Notes: generated by a model not told the origin, from the sequence alone. A stretch of 64,000 nt of DNA from Synechococcales cyanobacterium VAR_4_metabat_354 (GCA_031414775.1 JANOQI010000041.1:96001-160000), one strand, 5' to 3'. Positions 10,343 to 20,353 are shown, counted from the first letter of the stretch. Numbers and translations are program-made.

Positions 10343-11922
10343 TTAAAATTAGACTCTTTGATTCCCAGAAACGAATTGGTTCTGGTCTCCAAGAACTATC
10401 GATCCAGCTGTCCGAAGTGCCTAATCAGGAATGTTTAATCGGACGATCACCGACCGCTTTTGTGGTCTTAGATGGCCAAGAAGTTAGCCGTTTGCACGCT
10501 AAGATTTTTTTTCATGACGATCAATATTACTTTGAAGACTTAGCCAGTAGTGGTGGTTCTTGGTTAAATGACCAAGTAGCAACGGCTAATCTTAAATATG
10601 CTTTGAAAGTAGGCGATGTGTTGACTATTGGTCGCTTTGTGATCATGATCAGTCAAATTGGTGATCCAGACCAGTCTACTATTATGGTGGTACGACCGGA
10701 GCCTACCCCAGAGGAGTATATGCCGGTGTTCGCGGTTAAGCCGCAACGATTCACTCGTTGGCGCAAAGGGGACATTGAGTTGACCTGCGTGGAGGTGATC
10801 AGTGAAACTCATGATGTCAAAACCTTGCGACTAGTTGCAGATCCACCAATACTTTTTAGCTACCAGCCAGGACAGTTCGTCACCCTAGAGCTAGAAATCG
10901 ATGGCGAAGAGGTTCTGCGTTCTTACTCGATTTCTTCGACACCTTCTCGTCCTCATAGTTTAGAAATCACTGTTAAGCGGGTGCCTCCAGCTGACCAAGA
11001 GCTGCCGCCGGGGTTGGTTTCTAACTGGCTTCATGACAATATTTCCGTTGGTAGTAAGCTTAAAATTAATGGTCCGCTGGGGAAATTCTCTTTTTTCCAA
11101 TATCCTAGTCGGAAGCTATTGTTTATTTCTGGTGGTAGTGGCATTACCCCAATGATGGGGATGTCTCGCTGGCTTTGCGATACTGGGGCAGAATGTGATG
11201 TGGCTTTTTTTCACAGTGCGCGCACGCCAGCTGATGTGATCTATCAGCAGGAGTTGATGTTAATGTCGGCTAGGCACCCAAATTTCAAGCCGTTCGTCAC
11301 CGTTACCCAATCCCAATCTGGTCAAAGTTGGCTGGGTTTGACTGGCCGGTTAAGCCCAGAAATGTTGAGATCAGTCGTGCCAGATTTTCTCGATCGCATG
11401 ATTTTTGTTTGCGGACCAGCTGCTTTTATGTCAGCTACCAAAGATTTAGTCGCCAGTTTAGATTTTCCGATGGAGCGGTACCACGAAGAAAGCTTTGGCA
11501 GCCCTAAAGCTAAGAAGCTTCTTTCTGGTCAACCCACTGGGCCACAGGGCAATGGTGGATTGCGGGCTATGTTGAAAAATTCAGAATCACCGCTGGTAGA
11601 TACTGCTCCATCAGTAGAAATGGATACGATTGCTGACCCGAATATTGTGGTTAGTGCCGTCGCCGTGGTTTTCCAAAAATCTAATCAGCAGGCTAATTGT
11701 GATGGTGAAGAATCTATCTTGACAGTGGCTGAGCAACAGGGCGTAAAGATTAGGAGTAGCTGTCGATCGGGTGCTTGTGGTACCTGTAAGAAAAAGAAAA
11801 TTTCGGGAACTGTGCAAATGGATGATTTTGACCCAGATGCTCTGGAGCCGGCAGAACAAAAAGCTGGTTATATTCTTACCTGTGTAGCTTTTCCGCGCGA
11901 TCAAGTAGTGATCGACGCCTAA
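10339..11922 (+). CDS. FHA-domain FAD/NAD(P)H oxidoreductase with C-terminal 2Fe-2S ferredoxin (Hcr/PaaE-type reductase)
   Basis: N-terminal FHA (IGRS..VSRLHA); YQPGQF, RSYSISS, GLVSNWL, GGSGITP, FVCGP, YHEESF; CRSGACGTC...LTC; ATGA overlap with the upstream gene. Confidence 0.9.
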   Translation: MIKIRLFDSQKRIGSGLQELSIQLSEVPNQECLIGRSPTAFVVLDGQEVSRLHAKIFFHDDQYYFEDLASSGGSWLNDQVATANLKYALKVGDVLTIGRFVIMISQIGDPDQSTIMVVRPEPTPEEYMPVFAVKPQRFTRWRKGDIELTCVEVISETHDVKTLRLVADPPILFSYQPGQFVTLELEIDGEEVLRSYSISSTPSRPHSLEITVKRVPPADQELPPGLVSNWLHDNISVGSKLKINGPLGKFSFFQYPSRKLLFISGGSGITPMMGMSRWLCDTGAECDVAFFHSARTPADVIYQQELMLMSARHPNFKPFVTVTQSQSGQSWLGLTGRLSPEMLRSVVPDFLDRMIFVCGPAAFMSATKDLVASLDFPMERYHEESFGSPKAKKLLSGQPTGPQGNGGLRAMLKNSESPLVDTAPSVEMDTIADPNIVVSAVAVVFQKSNQQANCDGEESILTVAEQQGVKIRSSCRSGACGTCKKKKISGTVQMDDFDPDALEPAEQKAGYILTCVAFPRDQVVIDA

Positions 11923-11941
11923 CAGCAGTCTAAAAGGGTCG

Positions 11942-11976
11942 GGGATCGGGTGTAACCTTGAGTTACACCCGATCCC
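11942..11976. terminator. 15-bp hairpin between convergent genes
   Basis: GGGATCGGGTGTAAC-cttga-GTTACACCCGATCCC followed by TTT. Confidence 0.8.
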
Positions 11977-11987
11977 TTTCGCATTGA

Positions 11988-12644
11988 TTAAAGGTGCTGC
12001 ACCATTTCAGCTTGGTCATAACGCACTTTGGGCATAGTGGCATATTTATCGTCACTGGCTCGGTAGCCAGCCGGACAAACTAACGTAGCGGCATAGCCCA
12101 GATCGGTGAGGCCAAGTATTTCATCATATTTAGCTGGATTGAAACCCTCCATCGGACAAGTGTCGATACCCAGCATAGCTGCACTAGTCATGAATTGTCC
12201 GATCGCAATGTAAATCTGGCGAGTTGCCCATTCATCTAAGGTGAAAGATTTATTGGGGTTAGCCATAAATCCTTTAATCATCTTCGTTAAGCCAGCCAAG
12301 CCTTCGATGGGGACATCGCGGGTATCAGACATACTTTGAATGTATCGATCGACATCCAAATCGCTGATATCTTTTTTGATGGCCAGCACTACTAAATGGG
12401 AGGCTTCCACGACTTGAGGCTGATTCCAGGACTGTTCTAGTAGTTGTTGCCGCAAGTTGGGGTTATCCACCACGAAAAATTTCCAAGGCTGCATCCCAAA
12501 AGATGAAGGACTGAGGACTAGACTCTGCTCCAAAACATTCCAGATATCGCTAGGAATTTTTCGGGTGGGATCAAACTTTTTAACAGCATAGCGCCACTGT
12601 AGTTGTTGAAGAGCCTGTGCCGGAGATATCGTAACACTGGTCAT
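11988..12644 (-). CDS. NAD(P)H nitroreductase, NfsB-like
   Basis: WRYAVKKFD, SPSSFGMQPWKF, GIDTCPMEGF. Confidence 0.93.
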   Translation of the reverse strand: MTSVTISPAQALQQLQWRYAVKKFDPTRKIPSDIWNVLEQSLVLSPSSFGMQPWKFFVVDNPNLRQQLLEQSWNQPQVVEASHLVVLAIKKDISDLDVDRYIQSMSDTRDVPIEGLAGLTKMIKGFMANPNKSFTLDEWATRQIYIAIGQFMTSAAMLGIDTCPMEGFNPAKYDEILGLTDLGYAATLVCPAGYRASDDKYATMPKVRYDQAEMVQHL

Positions 12645-13081
12645 GAATCTTGTTCCTATTTGTAAATATATTGATATTATGGCTCTGTTGCAAAAAGATA
12701 ACTATGTCGAGTGAAAGGATAAATACTCACTTTTCCAGATAAAGTAAAGTTCGTATTTTCTTACCCAGTCACTCTATTGCTTCAACCATTAATACATCTG
12801 ATATCTTAGTTCCTTCTATGTAACACTAGTAAATATTCGAGGCGATTTTCTAGATTGATTATGGCAGTTTTCCTGAGCAACTCTGACTATTTTAAAACTT
12901 CTTTGAAGCTTTAATTGCATGTTGCAAAATAGAAATGATCTACAAAACTGTATAAATTCGACAGTGTAGTAGTGAATAGAAGGAACTGGGGAAGTCGATA
13001 CTTAATGATTAAGAATCACTGAATTGATCGAAAATCTCCTTGCCCCTCTCGAAATAGTCTGTTACCATAAGAGACTGTTGT

Positions 13082-13155
13082 CGGGACGTAGCGCAGCTTG
13101 GTAGCGCACTACTTTGGGGTAGTAGGGGTCGTGGGTTCGAATCCCGCCGTTCCGA
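13082..13155 (+). tRNA. tRNA-Pro (anticodon GGG), CCA not encoded
   Basis: Cloverleaf: acceptor CGGGACG/CGTTCCG, D-arm GCGCAGCTTGGTAGCGC, anticodon arm CTACT-TTGGGGT-AGTAG, T-loop GTTCGAATC. Confidence 0.97.
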
Positions 13156-13178
13156 TCGGCATCTCAAATCCCCGGTAC

Positions 13179-13210
13179 ATCGGTTAACGAAGGCGTTAAC
13201 CGATTTTTTT
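13179..13210 (+). terminator. Intrinsic terminator after tRNA-Pro
   Basis: ATCGGTTAACG-aagg-CGTTAACCGAT followed by a T-tract. Confidence 0.85.
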
Positions 13211-13225
13211 GACTATGTTTTTTAG

Positions 13226-13822
13226 CTATAGCGGCAGCAATTCTGGGAAGTTTTGTAGTACTTGGTCATCTGATAGCTGATCGCCGAGTTGGGCTGGTGA
13301 AAAATGTATCTGGATTGCTTCTAAGCGGTTTTGATAGTGCAGGTTTATTAAACTTTTTAGGGCTACTTTCATCGCTCCTACTTCGGCTAAGTTGGCTTCG
13401 ATCGTGTCATCGGTGCCGGTAAAAGCTACCGTAATCATTACGACTAAATTGGGAGTTGGTGGGAGCGTCAACTCTTCGGCCTGCTTCGTTTGACCAGGAT
13501 CAGGATCGCTTAAATAGCGCTGCGCCGAATCAGTAAATAACTCATTGACATAGCCACCGGCTTGGCCTTCCTCCCACATCATATCGCCCTCATTGCCAGC
13601 AGCCCGCCAAGCATGTTCGTATTGCAAGAGGCTCTGACAAACTTCTACTAAGCATTCCCCGGTGATGGTGATATCGCCATCCGCTTCAATCATTTGGCGA
13701 CCAGCTTGATTGAGCACGCCCAGTACTGGTGTGACTTCGGTGCCATTGAGTTGCAGGAAAATACGCGACACCACATAGCGGGTTTTGCCGACTAATTTGT
13801 TGAACTGATCACCAATACCCAT
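13226..13822 (-). CDS. DUF1517-family cyanobacterial protein
   Basis: Start taken at MGIGDQF (ATG at 13822, GAGG upstream); ELFTDSAQRY and HFSPAQLGDQL..QNFPELLPL resemble DUF1517. Confidence 0.75.
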   Translation of the reverse strand: MGIGDQFNKLVGKTRYVVSRIFLQLNGTEVTPVLGVLNQAGRQMIEADGDITITGECLVEVCQSLLQYEHAWRAAGNEGDMMWEEGQAGGYVNELFTDSAQRYLSDPDPGQTKQAEELTLPPTPNLVVMITVAFTGTDDTIEANLAEVGAMKVALKSLINLHYQNRLEAIQIHFSPAQLGDQLSDDQVLQNFPELLPL

Positions 13823-13839
13823 AATCTTAACCTCGTAAA

Positions 13840-14874
13840 TTATTGCTGCACCCATTCTAAAGCACGATTCCATGCCCACCACGGATCGGCATCCAGATAT
13901 CGCTGCTGGCAAGCGGTGCTGCTGATATAACCCACATGACCGCCCTGTTTGGTCAGCATCAAATCAATAGCTGGTTGCTGCTGAGCGATCGATGCTAATT
14001 CCGGTGCTAAGCTCGGTTCAAACAAGGGATCATCGGCAGCGTAGATAATCAGCGTCGGCAGAGTTAATTTATCTAAAAAATACAGCGGACTGGTGGCTAA
14101 ATAATATTCCTGGACGGTAGCGAAGCCTAAACGGGGAATGACTAACTCTCGATCGAAGCCCTCAATGCTATTAGCTCGATCGATCGCTGCCGGGTCAAAA
14201 GCGTGGGGATGAGCAGCATGTAATTGCCAGGCCAATTTTTTCAGTTCTTTGGCAATGCTATTTTCGAGAATGCTTTTGATCGGGTGTTGGACTAGATAAG
14301 TGAGAGATCGATCGGACTCCAAAGAAGGACAAATCACAAAGCCCCCGGCAATGTCCTGAGCCTCCAGACCGACGGCTGCTGATAAAGCTGGGGCTTGCTT
14401 AATTCCCCATAAGGCCAGCTGACCACCCAACGAATAGCCACTCAACCACATCGGCGCTGGACAGCCTAAAGCTTTGGCCTGAGCTGCAATCCGCAGGAAA
14501 TCTTCTCCTTCATAAATGCCATCAGAGGTCAATTGCGGCGAGAGTAGAGCTGTTTGACCATGCGCCCGCCAATCGAACAATACGACCGCCCAGCCTTGGG
14601 TATAGGCTTTACGCCGCAAAACTTTTAGAAACCACTGATTTTCTAAAGTACCAGTGATGCCATAGGTGGCCACAATGGTACCCCGAGGATTTTCCGGGAT
14701 CGCCACTCGGCCATAGATTGGGACGCCATTAGCACCACTAAAGATATGCTCTCGATCGATCGGTTCTGGCTCAACAGTATATTTTTTCCACGTTTTACCG
14801 GCTCGCAATGCGGCATGCATGGTCATTGTTAAACCATTTGTTAGCCGCAAAGGGGCTTGAAAGTCTGTTTGCAT
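13840..14874 (-). CDS. YheT-family alpha/beta hydrolase
   Basis: GYSLGG nucleophile elbow, AADDP, GGHVGY. Confidence 0.88.
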   Translation of the reverse strand: MQTDFQAPLRLTNGLTMTMHAALRAGKTWKKYTVEPEPIDREHIFSGANGVPIYGRVAIPENPRGTIVATYGITGTLENQWFLKVLRRKAYTQGWAVVLFDWRAHGQTALLSPQLTSDGIYEGEDFLRIAAQAKALGCPAPMWLSGYSLGGQLALWGIKQAPALSAAVGLEAQDIAGGFVICPSLESDRSLTYLVQHPIKSILENSIAKELKKLAWQLHAAHPHAFDPAAIDRANSIEGFDRELVIPRLGFATVQEYYLATSPLYFLDKLTLPTLIIYAADDPLFEPSLAPELASIAQQQPAIDLMLTKQGGHVGYISSTACQQRYLDADPWWAWNRALEWVQQ

Positions 14875-14920
14875 ACCAGCCGGAAGAGAGAATTACTTTT
14901 CTTAAGGTAACTTAATATTG

Positions 14921-15829
14921 TCAGTTATTTTTAGTTGTCGGCACTCCCAACATTTGCCAGGCAATTTTGGCAGCTCCCAACATTCCCGACTGGTTGCCGA
15001 GCTGGGCGGTGGTGATTTTCACCCCTTGGCGGGAGGGCACGAGCACCCGTTCCGCAATTTCTTGCTGGACTGTTGGTAAGAAAAAATGGCTACTGGCACT
15101 GACTCCGCCCCCAATAATAATGAGTTCGGGAGTCAAAACATAAATTAGGCTGGTTAAGCCAATCCCTAAGTTGCGACCATACTTTTGCCAAAATTCCAAG
15201 GCTGTTGGATCACCAGCGGTAGCTAATGCACCCCACTTTTCGGCTGATCTGCCGGTATCACGCTGAATAGCGGTGGCCGAAACGTACTGCTCCAAAGAAC
15301 CCCGATTCCCGCTTTTACAAACTGGTCCATCGGCCTGAAAAGTAATGAGACCCAATTCCCCAGCTGTACCTTGGGGGCCAACATACAGTTGACCATCTAG
15401 AATAATGGCACCGCCGACCCCGGTGCCCAGGGTCAGCATAATCATATTGGGATGGTTTTTTCCAGCTCCCAACCAGGCTTCACCTAATCCAGCACAATTG
15501 GCATCATTGCTGACAATAGTTGGTAATCCGGTTTTGGCTTGGAGCCAGCTAGCGATCGGAACATCATGCCAATCATCCAAATTGATGGCCAATCTGGCTA
15601 TCTGACCGGTGTGATCCACCGGCCCTGGCGTGCCCAGTCCAATACCGCGCAGGTTACTAACATTACTGCCGATGTCCTCAATGCCTTGTACCATAGCAAC
15701 TAGGACTGCTGAGGGGGTGGAAGGCTGGGGGGTGGGAACGCTCAAATGTTTGAGGCAGCGACCATCTGGTGTAAATCGACCAATTTTAATGTTGGTACCG
15801 CCCAGATCGATGCCAATTACTTCTGCCAT
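14921..15829 (-). CDS. ROK family sugar kinase
   Basis: GIDLGGT, NDANCAGLGE, TLGTGVGG, GSLEQY. Confidence 0.92.
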   Translation of the reverse strand: MAEVIGIDLGGTNIKIGRFTPDGRCLKHLSVPTPQPSTPSAVLVAMVQGIEDIGSNVSNLRGIGLGTPGPVDHTGQIARLAINLDDWHDVPIASWLQAKTGLPTIVSNDANCAGLGEAWLGAGKNHPNMIMLTLGTGVGGAIILDGQLYVGPQGTAGELGLITFQADGPVCKSGNRGSLEQYVSATAIQRDTGRSAEKWGALATAGDPTALEFWQKYGRNLGIGLTSLIYVLTPELIIIGGGVSASSHFFLPTVQQEIAERVLVPSRQGVKITTAQLGNQSGMLGAAKIAWQMLGVPTTKNN

Positions 15830-15958
15830 GCTGTTAGTCTTAATTGCAAACTATTCAAATTTAGTTTACCTGCTTGACTCCAGATAAATTCGGGTGGCTC
15901 ACTAAGCTTATCAGCTGGCGCTGGTGGCTGATGCTGGAAATTAGCTGGGCGCTGTTAT

Positions 15959-17599
15959 TTAGATAGTTTTAACAATCAACCACAGACCTAAGATACTCGC
16001 TGCTCCGAATAAAATATTACTGAGTAGTTGTAACTGAGGAGTCTGGGCACTAGCTGAGATAATGGCTGCCCCAATAATCAGTGATCCTACCACCGTACTA
16101 AAAGACCGCCGATTAGCCGCTTCTCCGATCCCCTTCTGAATGCCATCCAAATCTTGAATAGTGATATTTAGCTTTAAGGTTTCTGAGCTAAAACGGTTGA
16201 GCAAAAAAGCCAGCTGCCGGGGCGACTGTAGTGATAAGTGCTTTAGCTCTAACCCCGTTCGGAGCAATGATTGCACTAGATCGTCACCGACCAGCTGTCG
16301 CTGAAACATATCATTCATCAGCGGTCGCACTTCCTCAAATACATTGATATTGGGATTGAATTGCCGCCCCGCTCCTTCCAAGTTCGCTAAGGATTTAGCA
16401 AATAAGCCAATATTACTGGGCCAGCGTAAGTTATTACGTCGTGCTGCTTGCAGGATTTCATAGAAAGCCTGACTGGCATTCATATTTTGCAAGCTCACGT
16501 TATTGTATTTATGCAGTAATCTGTCGTAATCCCATTCCAGTCTAGACAGGTCTATTTCTCCCATCGGTTCAGCTAGTTGGAGTGTGATTTGGGCACAGCG
16601 TTGGGCATCACTACTAACGATCGCTAGAATCATTTCTACCAAAGCTGCTTGTGTCCGGCTATCCAACCGCCCCATCATCCCACAGTCTAATACGGCAACG
16701 CGGCCATCATTTAAATAAAATAAGTTTCCTGGATGGGGATCGGCATGGAACAAGCCATCGACTAAATATTGTTGAAAAAAAGCGCGGAAGAGTAAAACGG
16801 TGGCGGCCTGTCGTTCATCAGCACTACTGCCGCCGTAATCTTTGCCAGTAAATTGTGCCGATAATAAGGGCACACCATCGAGCCATTCCATTACTAGTAC
16901 TTTTTGGGTGGAAAGCTGTCGATCGATCTCCGGCACCATGATTTTCTGCGGATCGAACCAGCGGCCAGCCAAAAGATTCCGACGCAGTGCTTCAGTATAA
17001 CTAGCCTCCTGAGTAAAATCTAGCTCCGCTTGCAGCGCCGTACTAAATTCTTCAGCCAAAGAAACCAGATCATAGCGCTTGCCAAAATCAGTACCCGATA
17101 GCAGTTCAGCGACTTGTTTAATCAGGGCGATGTCTCTAGCTACTAGTCGATCGATCCCTGGACGTTGTACTTTTAATGCTACCCGCTGGCCATTTTTTAA
17201 GATGGCTCGATGGGTTTGGGCGATCGAACCAGCGGCGATCGGTTGTTGGTCGATACTGGTAAATATATCAGTGAGTTTGCCTGTCACCTGCTGATGCAAA
17301 ATCAACTCAATATCTGACCAATCCACTGCTGGAACGTTCGATTGCAGGTCACTCAGCGCTGTAATATACTCTGGCGGCAACAGATCTGGTCGGGTGCTTA
17401 ATAGCTGTCCTAGCTTGACATATACTGGCCCCAAATCTGTCAAGATCTTCCGCAGAATAGCCGGTGGCGGGATATCTACCCGATCGGCTTTGCCCAGAGT
17501 TAAAAGCTGTCGCATGTAGTCCCAGCCATGCTTCAATAGCACTTCGACTATTTCTTTTTGCCTAGAACTATTAATGGTAGTAATGGCCCGCATTAGCAA
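15959..17599 (-). CDS. ABC1/UbiB/AarF atypical kinase
   Basis: LGPVYVKLGQLLSTRPDLLP, AAGSIAQ, VALKVQRP, FHADPHPGN, DCGMMG; C-terminal TM helices. Confidence 0.93.
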   Translation of the reverse strand: MLMRAITTINSSRQKEIVEVLLKHGWDYMRQLLTLGKADRVDIPPPAILRKILTDLGPVYVKLGQLLSTRPDLLPPEYITALSDLQSNVPAVDWSDIELILHQQVTGKLTDIFTSIDQQPIAAGSIAQTHRAILKNGQRVALKVQRPGIDRLVARDIALIKQVAELLSGTDFGKRYDLVSLAEEFSTALQAELDFTQEASYTEALRRNLLAGRWFDPQKIMVPEIDRQLSTQKVLVMEWLDGVPLLSAQFTGKDYGGSSADERQAATVLLFRAFFQQYLVDGLFHADPHPGNLFYLNDGRVAVLDCGMMGRLDSRTQAALVEMILAIVSSDAQRCAQITLQLAEPMGEIDLSRLEWDYDRLLHKYNNVSLQNMNASQAFYEILQAARRNNLRWPSNIGLFAKSLANLEGAGRQFNPNINVFEEVRPLMNDMFQRQLVGDDLVQSLLRTGLELKHLSLQSPRQLAFLLNRFSSETLKLNITIQDLDGIQKGIGEAANRRSFSTVVGSLIIGAAIISASAQTPQLQLLSNILFGAASILGLWLIVKTI

Positions 17600-17626
17600 C
17601 TGACTCCTAAGATTTGTTGTCGAATT

Positions 17627-20353
17627 TTATGGAAGTTCTGTAGGGGGATAGTGTTGCTGAATAAATTCGATCGCTTGCTGGCGATCGATCACCATGCCAT
17701 CAAGAGTCGCTACTAATATAGCATCTAAAATTTTTTTGTACTGGACACCTGGTTTATAACCGAGCATTTTTAAATCATTTCCAGTAATCGGTGCTTTAAT
17801 CCGGTTCCAACCGGTGAGATATTGCTGCAAAATACTACTTTGGGGAGTTGGCAAAGTGATGGCCACTAGCAATAACACGGTGGGGGGATATGGTTGCAGC
17901 CAGCTTACTAACTGGCCAACCGACAGTTTTTGCTCCAGAATATTTATTAATTCCTGCCGTGATCGATCGATAGTGGCCAGACGGTGATGGCTGGTGGCGG
18001 GCAATTGGAGTTGCTGAGCTACCCGCTCTCGATCGCTAGGTATTAAGGCCATCAACAGAATTTCTAGGCGTAGTAACCATGGTGATAAGGTCGTTTGGAG
18101 AGCATCGCAACCAGCAGAATGCAGTATGGTATCGATCAACTGGCAGCGTCGGCGAGTTTCAGCATTTAAACGCAGTTGGGGATGCAAGCATTGCAAAGCA
18201 CCTAATTCACTGAGCTGTTCAATGGCCGCCAGCCAATAATCAGTTTGCAAGATGTATTTTAATTCGGATTGTAGCCTGGTTTGTAGTGCTGGGGCTTTGG
18301 TGTTTTGGAGCAGAGTTCGATCATAAACACCACTAGCGATCGCGTATTTGATGTAGGCAATAGTTTGGGGTTCGATCGTCAATCCTAAACGCACTGCAAA
18401 TCTTACCCCCCGATAAATCCGAGTCGGGTCTTCAATGAAACTATTGGCATGTAAGACTCGCAGTTGCTGAGTTTGCAGGTCTCGTAATCCACCAAAAAAG
18501 TCTAGTATTTCCCCAGTCTGGGGCTGAGTTAGGCGCATAGCCAAGGCATTAATCGTAAAATCACGCCGATACAAATCTTGCTGAATGGAACTCGCTGCTA
18601 CTTCCGGATTAGCTGCCGGATAGGGATAGAACTCGGTTCTGGCAGTGGCAATATCCATGCATAAAGAATCCAATACTGGGTCTTGATGCCACAGCAACGC
18701 TGCTGTTTGGAATTGTCCATGAATGTCGATGCGAGCAGCCGGATAAAGTTGGTGCAACGCCTGGGCTAATTCCACCCCGGCCTGTTCATCCGCAGATCTG
18801 TCGAAACCATCCACCACCAAATCCAAATCGGATATCAGTAACTGAGCCTGTGCTGGAGCCAAGATTAAATCTCGTACCGCGCCACCAACTAGATACAATT
18901 GCCAGCCGCGCTCTTGGGCTAACTGGGCAGCTGTTTGTAATAATTGCCACAGAGCCGGAAGCAGCCGCTCTGGTAAGTTGAGGTGAGTAAAGATTGGGGC
19001 AGTTGATGACTTGTTCAGTAGCGTGCTTTTTTGGCTCTCTAGACGATAGCGATGGCGCAACACATCAGTGCGCGTTACAATCCCCACTAATTCTCCAGCA
19101 GCAATTACTGGTAATCTACCAATATCGTGAGTTACCATTAATGTCTGAATTTCTGCCAAGGTCGTGGTGGGAGTAATTGTCTGAACATCATTGCGCATAT
19201 AGCCTTTCACTGGCGCATGGGCAAAACCATGATGGAGAGCTAAATCCATATCCCGCCGAGAAATTACTCCGACCAACTTAGTTGCTGGCGTATCCACCAC
19301 TACACATAAGCCAGAATGACCATAGCGTAGAATCATTTTCTGTGCTGCTTCGATCGTTAGATCCGGGCGAACCGTGCGGACTGGTGATGACATCATCTCT
19401 CTTGCTGTGAGCGGAGCTGGGATCTGGATGGTAATTGCAGTCAACAACTCAGCCATAACTACTGATGGTAATATGCAGCGTTTGTTGAGTGCAGCCGCCC
19501 GTGGATGTCCACCCCCACCTAATCTCTGGAAAGACTGACTGAGATTTACCCCCGGTACTTGACTACGCCCAATAATTGTCACTAGTTGTTCCTGATTGGC
19601 TTTGAGTGAGTAGCTAACTCCCAACAGCAGAATGTCGCTACTGGTCACTGTCATCAACTCTGATATTAATCCCGACAATCCAATCACAAAATGACTAGTT
19701 TCTAGCATGACCCAACTTACTCGGTAGCCATGAATCAAGTCAGTATGTAATTTCTCTAATCCGATTGGTAGCAGTCGTTGTAGTGCCGTGGATAGTTCCT
19801 GCTCCCGATAATCGGCAATAGTCTCTAAACCGGCACCTTGATGGAGCAACCAAGCTAGAACTGTGGCATCGCGGGACGTAGTGTTGGCAAAAGTTAGAGA
19901 ACCTGTATCTACATGAATTCCTAAAGCCATGACGGTAGCTTCTGCAACCGTGAGATTGATTTGCTGTTGTTGTAGTAGTTCAGCAATGATAGTAGTCGTG
20001 GCACCGACTGGTTCGATCCGTCGATCCGTCGTAATGATATCGCTGACCGTTTCTAGATGGTGATCGTAGACAGTAATTGCTGTTAACTGTGGTAAATCTA
20101 GCCACTCTTGGCATTTCCCCAATCTTTTTCGCTGCTGGGTATCGACAATACTTAGAGTTTGGATATGATGCGGATCGATCGAGCGAGCTTCAGCGATCGC
20201 ATATTCATCCCGATATAGCGCCAAGAAATCATGTACGCCTGGATGTGTCCCCCCTGGTAAAACCAACTTTGCTCCCGGAATTAATCGTGTCAATCCCACT
20301 GCTGCACCCAGCGCATCAAAATCAGCAGTCGTGTGGCAAAGAATTAAGTCCAT
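17627..20353 (-). CDS. DHH-CBS-CBS-tRNA nucleotidyltransferase (cyanobacterial A-adding type)
   Basis: ADFDALG, YDHH, GGGGH; CBS pair; VGGAVRD, DLDLVV, RRDFTINA, EDPTR. Confidence 0.92.
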   Translation of the reverse strand: MDLILCHTTADFDALGAAVGLTRLIPGAKLVLPGGTHPGVHDFLALYRDEYAIAEARSIDPHHIQTLSIVDTQQRKRLGKCQEWLDLPQLTAITVYDHHLETVSDIITTDRRIEPVGATTTIIAELLQQQQINLTVAEATVMALGIHVDTGSLTFANTTSRDATVLAWLLHQGAGLETIADYREQELSTALQRLLPIGLEKLHTDLIHGYRVSWVMLETSHFVIGLSGLISELMTVTSSDILLLGVSYSLKANQEQLVTIIGRSQVPGVNLSQSFQRLGGGGHPRAAALNKRCILPSVVMAELLTAITIQIPAPLTAREMMSSPVRTVRPDLTIEAAQKMILRYGHSGLCVVVDTPATKLVGVISRRDMDLALHHGFAHAPVKGYMRNDVQTITPTTTLAEIQTLMVTHDIGRLPVIAAGELVGIVTRTDVLRHRYRLESQKSTLLNKSSTAPIFTHLNLPERLLPALWQLLQTAAQLAQERGWQLYLVGGAVRDLILAPAQAQLLISDLDLVVDGFDRSADEQAGVELAQALHQLYPAARIDIHGQFQTAALLWHQDPVLDSLCMDIATARTEFYPYPAANPEVAASSIQQDLYRRDFTINALAMRLTQPQTGEILDFFGGLRDLQTQQLRVLHANSFIEDPTRIYRGVRFAVRLGLTIEPQTIAYIKYAIASGVYDRTLLQNTKAPALQTRLQSELKYILQTDYWLAAIEQLSELGALQCLHPQLRLNAETRRRCQLIDTILHSAGCDALQTTLSPWLLRLEILLMALIPSDRERVAQQLQLPATSHHRLATIDRSRQELINILEQKLSVGQLVSWLQPYPPTVLLLVAITLPTPQSSILQQYLTGWNRIKAPITGNDLKMLGYKPGVQYKKILDAILVATLDGMVIDRQQAIEFIQQHYPPTELP

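Noticed and set aside
13082..13225. tRNA-Pro as an integration site
   Set aside because: No integrase and no duplicated tRNA 3' end seen in the window
13823..13912. N-terminal extension of the DUF1517 ORF in the ORF track
   Set aside because: It overlaps the YheT gene; the ATG at 13822 has an RBS and fits better
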